Assembly (NCBI GenBank): GCA_021795575.1
Contig: JAJYPH010000001.1
Span: 5,128 to 69,127 of the forward strand
DNA from: Bacillota bacterium
GTDB lineage: Bacteria > Bacillota > Sulfobacillia > Sulfobacillales > JAIMBI01
Length of the DNA stretch: 64,000 nucleotides
Direction of reading: 5' to 3'
Below the pieces are notes generated by a model. The model was given only the letters and a program-made list of their open reading frames with translations. It was not told the origin of the DNA and searched no databases. Of the stretch, positions 55,197-63,773 are shown one piece after another; positions within the stretch are counted from its first letter, which is position 1; each line of letters starts with the position of its first letter. The position numbers were made by a program, and so were the translations under genes.

Positions 55197-56372
55197 GTGG
55201 CGCTGAGAACCCAGACAATCCAGGCGGTCGTCATCGCGGACTACGACCAGACCCCCCAGGTGGAGTGGGTCGAGCTCGAGGAGCCTGGCCCCGGTGAGGT
55301 GGGCGTCCGTATTCAGGCCGCCGGGATCTGCCACAGTGACTGGCATGCGGTGACCGGCACCCTGCCGCTGCCCATGCCCATGGTGTTGGGCCACGAGGCG
55401 AGCGGCACGGTGACCCAGGTCGGCGCGGACGTCAAACGTGTAGTGGTGGGGGATCGGGTGGTCGTCACGTGGGTTCCCGTCTGCGGGCACTGCTTCTGGT
55501 GCCTGAACGGCGCCCCCGAGCTGTGTGAGGCCGCCAACCGAGGCGCGGTGGATGGCACGGGAGCGGACGGGCACACGCCGCTCCGCTGGCGTGGGCAGCC
55601 TCTGCACCGATTTTCCTGGAGCGGCACGCTGGCCACCGCCGCCGTGGTTCCGGAGTCCGCGGTGGTGCGCATCGGGTCCGACATGCCCTGGAGCGACGCG
55701 GCGCTTTTGGGTTGCGCGGTGCAAACCGGAGTCGGGGCGGCGCTGCGCGCCCCGATCGTCCCCGGCGACACGGTCGCGGTGCTCGGCCTGGGGGGAGTGG
55801 GACAGAACGTGGTTCAGGGGGCCCGCATCGCCGGCGCCGCGCGGATCATCGGGGTGGACCCCATCGGCTGGAAGCGCGACTTGGCCCGCGAGCTGGGGGC
55901 GACCGACACCGTGGACGCCTCCGAAGACGTTCTGACCGCCCTGCTGGATCTGACCCACGGGCGGGGCGTGGATGTGGCCTTCGAGGCCGTCGGCCACGTA
56001 CCCCTGATGGCGCTGGCGTTCAACGCCGTCCGCCGCGGCGGCACCGCCGTCATGGTGGGCGTCCCCGAACCCAATGCCGAGGTGTCGTTGAACGCGTTTG
56101 CGTTGCCCTCCCAGGAGAAAACGCTGACCGGGTCCTGGCTGGGCGGGTCCCACCCCGCGCGCGACATCCCGCGGCTCGAGGCGCTGTGGCGGTCTGGGCT
56201 GCTGAAGCTCGCGCCGCTCACCTCGCACACGTATGCGCTCCACGAGGTTCCCGAAGCCCTGAACGACCTCCTGACCGGTCGCGTCGCGCGGCCCGTGGTG
56301 GTGTTCGGGGATGCCGAGGCGCCGGCCACCCGTGGGCCGGCCAGTTTTCCAGCGCAAGTGGGGGAAGAATGA
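55197..56372 (+). CDS. zinc-dependent alcohol dehydrogenase (class III-like MDR)
   Basis: GICHSDWH, GHEASG and CGHCFWC structural-zinc motifs, plus the GLGGVG Rossmann motif. I prefer GTG 55197; the track starts at 55143. Confidence 0.85.
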   Translation: MALRTQTIQAVVIADYDQTPQVEWVELEEPGPGEVGVRIQAAGICHSDWHAVTGTLPLPMPMVLGHEASGTVTQVGADVKRVVVGDRVVVTWVPVCGHCFWCLNGAPELCEAANRGAVDGTGADGHTPLRWRGQPLHRFSWSGTLATAAVVPESAVVRIGSDMPWSDAALLGCAVQTGVGAALRAPIVPGDTVAVLGLGGVGQNVVQGARIAGAARIIGVDPIGWKRDLARELGATDTVDASEDVLTALLDLTHGRGVDVAFEAVGHVPLMALAFNAVRRGGTAVMVGVPEPNAEVSLNAFALPSQEKTLTGSWLGGSHPARDIPRLEALWRSGLLKLAPLTSHTYALHEVPEALNDLLTGRVARPVVVFGDAEAPATRGPASFPAQVGEE

Positions 56373-56373
56373 C

Positions 56374-56844
56374 ATGACGGTGTTTGCTGATGCCGATGTT
56401 CTTTATGAGATTCTCGGAGGATTCTTTGCGGACCGCGTCCGCTGGACGGACGAGGCGCACCTGATTCATCAGGTAGGCGGACCCATCGCGTTTATCTTCG
56501 AGCGGCCGGCCGCACAAATCTCCTGGGTGCCGGAGACCGCGTCCGTCCAGTCTCCAAAGACGCCTGGGTCGGTGCATGCTCCCTTTCGCCTGGTGTTCGG
56601 CCCGACCGGGCCCACGCCGCTTCTGACCTTTCGCCAGGACGGCGACACGGCGCACCGCTTCTGGCTCGGCCTCCTCGACCTCCAACAGGCGTTGGCCCGG
56701 CAGCAGGTGCGCGCTCAGGGGCCCTTGTCGCGCGCGATGAAACTGCTGCCGCATCTCGACGCCATCTACCCTCTGTACGCCGAATACCTGACCAGCCAGG
56801 GCCACGGGGATTTGCTCCCGCCGGCGGCGGGCCCCCGCCGGTGA
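56374..56844 (+). CDS. SCP2 sterol-carrier-like domain protein
   Basis: MTVFADADVLYEILGGFF.. ..RFWLGLLDLQQALARQQVRAQGPLSRAMKLLP is typical of SCP2-type lipid-binding proteins. ATG 56374 is 1 nt after the ADH stop, and the stop overlaps the next gene (GTGA). Confidence 0.7.
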   Translation: MTVFADADVLYEILGGFFADRVRWTDEAHLIHQVGGPIAFIFERPAAQISWVPETASVQSPKTPGSVHAPFRLVFGPTGPTPLLTFRQDGDTAHRFWLGLLDLQQALARQQVRAQGPLSRAMKLLPHLDAIYPLYAEYLTSQGHGDLLPPAAGPRR

Positions 56845-58316
56845 TCCCCGTGTGGGTGCCCGATGGGCCGTGGACCGACGGGGTACGGCACGCGGGCGCC
56901 GTGCCGCTCGACGTCGTGTCGCCGTCCGACGGATCGGTGTTTGCCACCGTCGGCGCGGCCGGCCCTGCCGACGTGCACCGTGCCGTCACCGCCGCCGAGA
57001 CCGCGTTTCAAGATCGGCGGTGGCGCGGCATCCCCGTGCTGGAGCGCCAGCGTGTGTTGGGACGCGCCGCACAAGCCCTCCGGGCGCACGACGGCGAACT
57101 GGCCCGCCTCATCGCGCACGAGATGGGGATGCCCGAGACGGCGGCGCGCTACGTCGAGGTGCCGTACGCCGCGGGCGTGCTGGACTACTATGCCGGGCTC
57201 GTGGCCAGTGTGGGCGGAGAAACCCTGCCCGTCGACATCCCGGGCGTGGACCCGGCGTTTCATGTGTTCACCACCCGTCGTCCCGTGGAGGTGGCCGCCC
57301 TCATCACCCCGTGGAACTTTCCGCTGCTGCTTCCCGTGTGGAAGGTGGCCGCGGCGCTGGCCGCCGGCACGGCGGTGGTGTTGAAGCCCGCCCCCGAGGC
57401 GCCGCTGACGGCGCTCGCGCTGGTGGCCCTACTGGAGTCGGCCGGGGTGCCTCCGGGGGTGGTCAACGTGCTGCCGGGCGGGGACGACGTGGGCGCGGCA
57501 CTCTGTGCCCACCCGGGGGTGCGGCACATTTCGTTCACCGGATCCACCGCCGTGGGGCGCGCGGTGGCGGCCCAGGCGGGCCAGGGGTTGAAGCGGGTGC
57601 AGCTGGAGCTGGGCGGCAAATCACCCGCCCTGGTGTTTGCCGATGCCGACTTGGACAACGCCGTCAGCCAGTGCCTGTTTGGCGTCTACTTCAACAGCGG
57701 GCAGGTGTGCCAGGCGGCCAGCCGGATTCTCGTCCACCAAAGCCAGTACGACGCGTTTCTGGAGCAGTTCACCGCACGGGCGCAGGCCCTTCGGGTGGGC
57801 GCGGCCACGGACCCCGACGCCGACTTGGGCCCGCTGGTGCGCGCGAACCAGCTGACCGTGATTCAGGACCATGTGGACCGTGCGCGGGCGGGAGGGGCGC
57901 GGTGCCTCTTGGGGGGCCACCCGTTGCCCGGTCCGGGATACTTTTACGCGCCCACCGTGCTGGCGGACGTCTCGCCGGAGCTCTCGGCGTTCCAAGCAGA
58001 GCTGTTTGGCCCCGTGGCGGTCGTGACCCCGTTCGCCACGGACCCGGAGGGGGTGGCGCTGGCCAACGCCACCCCCTATGGATTGGCGGCCGCCGTCTTC
58101 ACCCGCCACCTGCGCCGAGCCCTCAGCATCAGTGGCGAGCTCGCGGCCGGCACCGTGTGGATCAACACATCGCAGATGCAGAGCCCCACGGTGCCGTTCG
58201 GAGGCATGAAGGCGAGCGGGTGGGGCCGCGAGTTGGGCCGGGCGGGGTTGGAGGAGTTCCTCGACACCCAGGCGACGTGGATCGACCTCCACGAGGCGCC
58301 GCCGACGTACTTCTGA
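56841..58316 (+). CDS. NAD-dependent aldehyde dehydrogenase
   Basis: 491 aa with ELGGKSP (Glu), FNSGQVC (Cys) and ELFGPV motifs. Confidence 0.88.
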   Translation: MIPVWVPDGPWTDGVRHAGAVPLDVVSPSDGSVFATVGAAGPADVHRAVTAAETAFQDRRWRGIPVLERQRVLGRAAQALRAHDGELARLIAHEMGMPETAARYVEVPYAAGVLDYYAGLVASVGGETLPVDIPGVDPAFHVFTTRRPVEVAALITPWNFPLLLPVWKVAAALAAGTAVVLKPAPEAPLTALALVALLESAGVPPGVVNVLPGGDDVGAALCAHPGVRHISFTGSTAVGRAVAAQAGQGLKRVQLELGGKSPALVFADADLDNAVSQCLFGVYFNSGQVCQAASRILVHQSQYDAFLEQFTARAQALRVGAATDPDADLGPLVRANQLTVIQDHVDRARAGGARCLLGGHPLPGPGYFYAPTVLADVSPELSAFQAELFGPVAVVTPFATDPEGVALANATPYGLAAAVFTRHLRRALSISGELAAGTVWINTSQMQSPTVPFGGMKASGWGRELGRAGLEEFLDTQATWIDLHEAPPTYF

Positions 58317-58397
58317 CACGCGTGGCCGACTTCTCGCGAACATCTCGACGAACCACGGACCGATCGGGCCGCACCGCGGCAGGGAGGGCGATGACGA

Positions 58398-59117
58398 GTG
58401 CTGAGAGCCTTGCTCTTGGATTTGGACGGCACGCTGTTGGATCTGGACGGCGACGCCTTTTTGGAAGCGTACCTGGCGGCCGTCACCCAGTGGATGGCAC
58501 CGATGGTGGAGCCGCCTCGCTTCAGCGAAGCTCTGTGGTCGGCGGCCGTCCCCGTGATGGTGAACCGCACCGGTCATCCCGGCCGCTCCAACAGCGACAT
58601 GCTGTGGGCGGCACTGGGCGACGCACTCCAGATGCCGGCGGCCGCCCTGCGGCAGCGATTCGAGGAATTTGTCCAGGGAGACCTCACCGGCATCTATCCA
58701 GGCGGATCGCCGATGCCCGGGGCGCACGACCTGGTCGCCGTCGGGCGGGCGCACGGGATGAAGCTGGCCGTGGCCACCATGCCCATCTACCCACGGCCGG
58801 TCATTGACGAGCGACTCCGGCGGGCGGGTCTGTTGGACGTGCCGTGGGACCTGGTGGCCACCGATGCCATGGAGTCCGTGAAGCCGCAGCCGGCCTACTA
58901 CCAAGAGCTCGCCGACCGGCTTGAGGTGGCGCCGGCCGACTGCCTGATGGTGGGCGACGACTACTTCCGCGACGTGGCCGCTCGCAAGGTGGGCATGGCG
59001 ACCGCCTACGTGGGCCCGCCCATGGCCGGCGTGGACACGGGTCCCTCGGGGACGCTCGGCGATTGGGTCCGAGCGCTGGAAAAGCCCGAGGGTCCGCTCG
59101 TACGGAGGACACCATGA
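58398..59117 (+). CDS. HAD-superfamily hydrolase
   Basis: Motif I LLLDLDGTLLD and a C-terminal MVGDDYFRD motif. GTG 58398 with GGAGGG upstream. Confidence 0.8.
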   Translation: MLRALLLDLDGTLLDLDGDAFLEAYLAAVTQWMAPMVEPPRFSEALWSAAVPVMVNRTGHPGRSNSDMLWAALGDALQMPAAALRQRFEEFVQGDLTGIYPGGSPMPGAHDLVAVGRAHGMKLAVATMPIYPRPVIDERLRRAGLLDVPWDLVATDAMESVKPQPAYYQELADRLEVAPADCLMVGDDYFRDVAARKVGMATAYVGPPMAGVDTGPSGTLGDWVRALEKPEGPLVRRTP

Positions 59118-60286
59118 ACAGCGACGCGATGGCGGCCGCTACGACCGCCAGGACGGGCGATGCGTCCAAAACGACCGGCAGATTACAAGGAGGCAGTGCG
59201 ATGCGTTTTGGCTTTGACTGGGGCGAGGACGCCTCGGAGTGGATGACGGCGATGCGCGCGGGCCTGGCGCGGACGCTGACCCGGCACGGGCACACGTTGT
59301 CGCCCACGCTCGTGGGGGCGGACCTGGTGTTTCACCAGGTAGATCCGGATCGCCCCCGCCCGTTTCGGCGCCAGTACCAGGCCACGTTTGTCGTGGCCAT
59401 GGTGGAGGGGACGCCCCTGCCGACGACCGAGCGCCTGAAAGCGCTCTACCCGATGCTGATCCGGTCCATCTCCAACCTGCTCATGTATGGCGGGGACGCC
59501 CCGGCCGGACAGGCCCGGGTGGCGTTGGTCACCCCGGAGCTGGGCAACTACACGGTCGACGGGCTGGCCGGCGACGCGTGGTTCGAGTCGGTGTACGAGC
59601 GGGTGGCGCCGCTGGCCGAGTCTCATCTGGTCATCAACAACGTGTTTGACGAGGACCTGCCCGACGAACTCGCGGACGGCACGGAGGTGACGCGGCAGCT
59701 GGCCGACGCGGCCCGCACGCTGGACCAGTGGCACCTGTTTCCCACGCCCTTTCCCATGTCGGAATTTCTGCCGCCCGAGGACATGCGGCAGATGCGGCAC
59801 CTGTTTGGCATCGGCGGGCTCTCCTACGGCAACCTGAGCGCCCGCTTGGATGCCGAGCGGTTCTGGATGTCCGCCAGCGGCGTGGACAAAGGCAAAGTGG
59901 GCACCGTGGGCCGGGACATTCTCCTGGTGAAAACGTACGACCCCGTGGCCAACGCCATGCGCATTTCGGTGCGCCCCGATTCCGACCCTCTCAGAGTGTC
60001 GGTGGATGCCGTCGAACACTGGGGCATTTACCGGCGACACCCGGGCATCGGGGCTCTGATTCACATCCACGCGTGGGTGGAGGGCGTCGTCAGCACGAGT
60101 GTCAACTATCCCTGCGGCACGATTGAGATGGGCCAGGCCATGTCCGACCTCTTGGACCAGGACCCCCATCCCGAGTCGACGATCATCGGACTGAAGAACC
60201 ACGGCATCACGGCCACCGGTCCCAATTTTCCCGACATCCTGGCCCGATTGGCTGACCGGGTGCGCCCCACCGTTCCCATGCAGTAG
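59114..60286 (+). CDS. fusion protein: unknown about 200-aa N-terminal domain plus class II aldolase/adducin domain
   Basis: The C-terminal half (GNLSARL..FWMSASGVDKG..HIHAW..KNHGITATG) is class II aldolase-like. ATG 59114 overlaps the HAD stop (ATGA), with GGAGG 5 nt upstream. Confidence 0.75.
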   Translation: MNSDAMAAATTARTGDASKTTGRLQGGSAMRFGFDWGEDASEWMTAMRAGLARTLTRHGHTLSPTLVGADLVFHQVDPDRPRPFRRQYQATFVVAMVEGTPLPTTERLKALYPMLIRSISNLLMYGGDAPAGQARVALVTPELGNYTVDGLAGDAWFESVYERVAPLAESHLVINNVFDEDLPDELADGTEVTRQLADAARTLDQWHLFPTPFPMSEFLPPEDMRQMRHLFGIGGLSYGNLSARLDAERFWMSASGVDKGKVGTVGRDILLVKTYDPVANAMRISVRPDSDPLRVSVDAVEHWGIYRRHPGIGALIHIHAWVEGVVSTSVNYPCGTIEMGQAMSDLLDQDPHPESTIIGLKNHGITATGPNFPDILARLADRVRPTVPMQ

Positions 60287-60353
60287 CGTGCGTAGCACCG
60301 ACGTCCGCCGTGCCTCCCGGTCATGGCGAGGGGCGACTAACGGGGGGAGTGGG

Positions 60354-61397
60354 ATGACCTCGGGGCCGATGGCGCCGTTGCAGCGGGTGGTGTGGGACGT
60401 AGGCGCGGGTCCGCCGGTCCGGTCCACGCCCCCCGCGGTCCCGCTGACGCTCCGCGAGGCGCGGCGCGTGGTTCGCCGCATGGCGCGCGCGGCCGAGCGC
60501 CCCACGGTGGTGCTGGCTGGTGTGGACCCGCTGGCGCCGTCGGACCGGGGCCTCCCCCTGTCGGGCTTGGTGGATGCGCTCACGTCCCACGGCTTCCCCA
60601 CCGGCTTGGCACTGCATCCCATGGCCCCCTGCACCACCCGGTCCCTGCGGGCTTGGGCCGCGATGGGGGTGCAGCACATCGTGCTGCACGTCGATACCGC
60701 GCTGGACAGCCCGCTTGCGGGCATCCCGGGGATGCGCCACACGGACGGCGCGACGCTGGTGTACGCCCGCGCCGTGGTGGCGGCGGGCATGCGGCTTTAT
60801 GCCACCACCCGCGTGACGGCGCTCACCGCGCCCGACCTGATGGGCATTGCCGCTCTGCTCCCCAGCCTCCAGGTGTCCCGGTGGGACGTGTCCTTCGTGG
60901 TGCCCACGGCCGCCGTCCCCCGGTCGGAGCCGCTCCGGGCGGTACGGCTGGAGCGGGTGCTGGCTTGGCTCGGCCGCTATGCCGCCAGCGCGCCGTTTCC
61001 GGTCACGACGGAGGGGGCGCCGCATTTCATCCGCCACCTGCATCCCCAGCCGGACGGACGGACGCTTGAACCGATGGTCCGGGACGCCCAGGGCATGCTG
61101 TACATCACGGCGGGCGGCGAGGTGTGGCCGGGACCGGACCTGCCGCTCAGTGCAGGCAATGTCCGCCAACACTCCCCGCAGGCGCTCTACCGGTCGGCGC
61201 CCCTGTTCAAAAGTCTGCGCAACGCCGCCGAGTTGGGGGGGCGCTGCGGGTGGTGTGCCTGGAGTCAGGTGTGCGGGGGATCCCGGGCTCGCGCCTATGC
61301 CCTCACCGGCGACGCCCTGGCACAGGATCCCCACTGCGCCCCGGTCATCGTGCCGGTGGCGCCTGGGCATCGGGGGCCACCGCAAACGCCACCTTGA
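60354..61397 (+). CDS. radical-SAM/SPASM-fold homologue lacking the CxxxCxxC cluster motif
   Basis: C-terminal GNVRQHSPQALYRSAPLFKSLRN..GGRCGWCAWSQVCGGSRARAYALTGDALAQDPHC is SPASM-like. The TIM-barrel core elements AGVDPL, SFVVPTA and TTEGAPHFIRH are present. The first 90 residues contain no Cys: WDVGAGPPVRSTPP sits where the SAM-cluster motif belongs. Confidence 0.7.
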   Translation: MTSGPMAPLQRVVWDVGAGPPVRSTPPAVPLTLREARRVVRRMARAAERPTVVLAGVDPLAPSDRGLPLSGLVDALTSHGFPTGLALHPMAPCTTRSLRAWAAMGVQHIVLHVDTALDSPLAGIPGMRHTDGATLVYARAVVAAGMRLYATTRVTALTAPDLMGIAALLPSLQVSRWDVSFVVPTAAVPRSEPLRAVRLERVLAWLGRYAASAPFPVTTEGAPHFIRHLHPQPDGRTLEPMVRDAQGMLYITAGGEVWPGPDLPLSAGNVRQHSPQALYRSAPLFKSLRNAAELGGRCGWCAWSQVCGGSRARAYALTGDALAQDPHCAPVIVPVAPGHRGPPQTPP

Positions 61398-62556
61398 TGG
61401 CGCCGTCCCGATGATGCGGCAAAGAGCGCAGAGCCGTGCGATACTCGTCCAGCGGGTACGCATGGGTTACCAGGGCGTCCAGCACGGGCGCGTCGGCCAG
61501 CCGGGTCACGGCCACTGGCAGCTGGTTGACGCCACCTGCGTAGTAGCCATAGGTTCCCACCACCGTGAGATTGCGGGTCCACAGCGGCGAGACGTCCGCC
61601 GGCGGGCGGGCCAGCGCCCCCAGCACCAGCACCTGACCCCCGGGTCGGCACAGCGCCAGCGCCTCCGCCATGGTCTGGGGACTCCCCACCGTATCCACCA
61701 CGACGTCGGACCCCCATGGATGCAGGGCGGGCGCTCCCCACATGGGGGGCGCCAGCGGGTGGCCCGCCAGCACCGCCCGCTCGCGGACGCCCCCGCCCAC
61801 CAGACGGTGCGCCCCCAGCACCCGCGCCATGCTTCCCTGGTGGCGGTGGCGCACCTGTACCACCACCTCCGCCTCGTCGAAGCCCGCTAGGGCCCAGGTG
61901 GCCAGCAGGCCCAACGTCCCGGCCCCCAGCACCAGCACGCTCTCCACCTTCTCCCAGCGCAGGCGGGCCAACCCGGCCAGCACAATCGCCAGGGGCTCGG
62001 CCAGCACCGCGCGCCGGAGCGGCAGGCGATCCGGCACTGGGATCAGCTGGGCCGCCGGCGCCCACAGGCGCGTCGCCCAGCCCCCGGGCAGCTGACCGTG
62101 GAAGCCCAGCAGGAGGCCCGGTCCCAGCCCCTGATCCGCTCGCCGTTCACAGCCGTCGTCCGCGTGTGCGGCACAGGCCCGGCACAGCGGCAAGCCGCGC
62201 GCGCGGCATCCCAGCGACGGGTCCACCACCACCGCCGCGCGGGTGTCCAAGCGCCGCGCCACCACCTCATGCCCCAGAACGGCCGGGAACTGCGTCAACG
62301 GGGCCAAATAAGGGGAGGACCGCCCCGTGATGATGCCCAGATCCGACCCGCAGATGCCACTCCAGACGGGCTCCAGAGCCACCCAATCCCCATCGGAGGG
62401 GAGATGCGGGGGCGGCAGCGCTTCCAGACGCATGGCGCCCAAACCCAGGGCCAGCGCCGACCCGGGTGCCAGTCGCTGCGCCGCCACGCGGGCGGGGTTC
62501 AGGTGGTACCTGAGCCCTTGGTACGACTCGTCGGACCCGTCGGGTCTCACGACCAT
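61345..62556 (-). CDS. zinc-binding MDR-family dehydrogenase
   Basis: GICGSDL, LGHEVV and a GAGTLGLL Rossmann motif. ATG 62556 with GGGAGGGGGG upstream. The 3' end overlaps the convergent SPASM gene by 53 nt. Confidence 0.8.
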   Translation of the reverse strand: MVVRPDGSDESYQGLRYHLNPARVAAQRLAPGSALALGLGAMRLEALPPPHLPSDGDWVALEPVWSGICGSDLGIITGRSSPYLAPLTQFPAVLGHEVVARRLDTRAAVVVDPSLGCRARGLPLCRACAAHADDGCERRADQGLGPGLLLGFHGQLPGGWATRLWAPAAQLIPVPDRLPLRRAVLAEPLAIVLAGLARLRWEKVESVLVLGAGTLGLLATWALAGFDEAEVVVQVRHRHQGSMARVLGAHRLVGGGVRERAVLAGHPLAPPMWGAPALHPWGSDVVVDTVGSPQTMAEALALCRPGGQVLVLGALARPPADVSPLWTRNLTVVGTYGYYAGGVNQLPVAVTRLADAPVLDALVTHAYPLDEYRTALRSLPHHRDGAIKVAFAVAPDAQAPPAR

Positions 62557-63422
62557 CCCCCCTCCCGGGCGGTCCGGCCGGCCGGGCGGTAGAGGCCCGC
62601 GCCGTCCATCCAGGCCAGCAGCTGTTCGGCGAGGCTCGTCGACAGGTCGGCCACCAGGCTGTGCTGGGGCGCGGCCAGCGTCCTGAGCGTGATCCCGGGC
62701 CGGCCGCCCAGCCGCTGCTGGGCCACCCGGTTGTCACAAACACTGTCGCCGGCGGACAGCAGCGCCAGCATCGGGGAGGCCGGGGGCAAGGGCGCGGCGG
62801 CGGCCTGGTCGACGGCCGCCAGCAGGCACGTGAGAAACCCCAGCGTGTAGTGGCGGCTGGCCTGCCGGTCCTGTTCGATAAGGTGCCCGATATAGGGATC
62901 CGCCGAAATGCCGGCGTAGCCGAGCGGCTTTAACGGACGAATCCACGAGAACGCATGCCCGGTGTGACCCAACCACCAACGCACGGTGGGTCCCACGGTA
63001 AAGGTGAGTCCCAGCGCCGGAGACAGCAGGATCGACCCCGCGGGCGCCACCCCCCGCCCCTGGAGGGCCAAATATGCCACCAACCCCCCGTAGCTTTCGC
63101 CACCCAGGAGCAGCGGCGTGCCGGCGTGCGCCTCGCGCTGCATCACCTGGTAGGCGTCAGACAAATCCCTCACGTGATCCCGCCAATCCATCAGATGGCC
63201 GGGCACGCCGCCCGACCGACCGTGGCCGCGGAGGTCCGGAAGCCACACGGCCACGCCGCCGCTGGCAAGGTCCGCGGCCAGCGGCAGGTAGTACTCGGAG
63301 TGCACCATGGAGGCGTGCACCAGCAGGAGGTGCGCCCGCACCGCACCCGGTTCGGGGCTGACCCGCCGGATGAAGAGGCGGGGAGCGCCGGCCCGGTCAA
63401 GAAAGAGCCCACCTATTTGCAT
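62547..63422 (-). CDS. alpha/beta hydrolase (lysophospholipase/monoglyceride lipase-like)
   Basis: HLLLVHA, RGHGRS and the nucleophile elbow GGESYGG. ATG 63422 (MQIGGLFLD) gives 291 aa; the track ORF to 63989 is antisense filler across the leuS start. Confidence 0.8.
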   Translation of the reverse strand: MQIGGLFLDRAGAPRLFIRRVSPEPGAVRAHLLLVHASMVHSEYYLPLAADLASGGVAVWLPDLRGHGRSGGVPGHLMDWRDHVRDLSDAYQVMQREAHAGTPLLLGGESYGGLVAYLALQGRGVAPAGSILLSPALGLTFTVGPTVRWWLGHTGHAFSWIRPLKPLGYAGISADPYIGHLIEQDRQASRHYTLGFLTCLLAAVDQAAAAPLPPASPMLALLSAGDSVCDNRVAQQRLGGRPGITLRTLAAPQHSLVADLSTSLAEQLLAWMDGAGLYRPAGRTAREGGWS

Positions 63423-63773
63423 CGCCGTCCGCCGTGCCGACTTTGTCGCCGCACCCCTATCCCCCCTCGCGCGCCGTGTGTGCCGGCGACACTCCTGCGC
63501 CTCAGTGTGACGGATTACGCCGGTGCACAATAGGTCCAAACGCCCATCGGGTTTGGTCCCTTGGACCGCCCCGCAGAGCTGCGCGGGGCCCTTCGTCCCG
63601 AAGAGGACCGCGAGAGTTTCGCCAGAGCACCCGGGGATGATATACTCGCGGTCAACCCGGATGACACGACGCGTTTGTCCTGCGGCTAGCCGCGGGTCGT
63701 TCGGCGTTACGCCATCCCGACCAGCGCCAGCGGCCCCGAGAATGCGAAGGGGATGCAGAGGAGGATGCAGACG

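Noticed and set aside
63423-63773. T-box leader upstream of leuS
   Set aside because: Several hairpins are present (for example ggtcc-ctt-ggacc, ccccgc..gcgggg, and the palindrome GCGGCTAGCCGC). There is no GGUGGNACCGCG-type T-box sequence or recognisable specifier-loop architecture. A TGaTATACT promoter at about 63637-63645 would leave only about 120 nt of leader.
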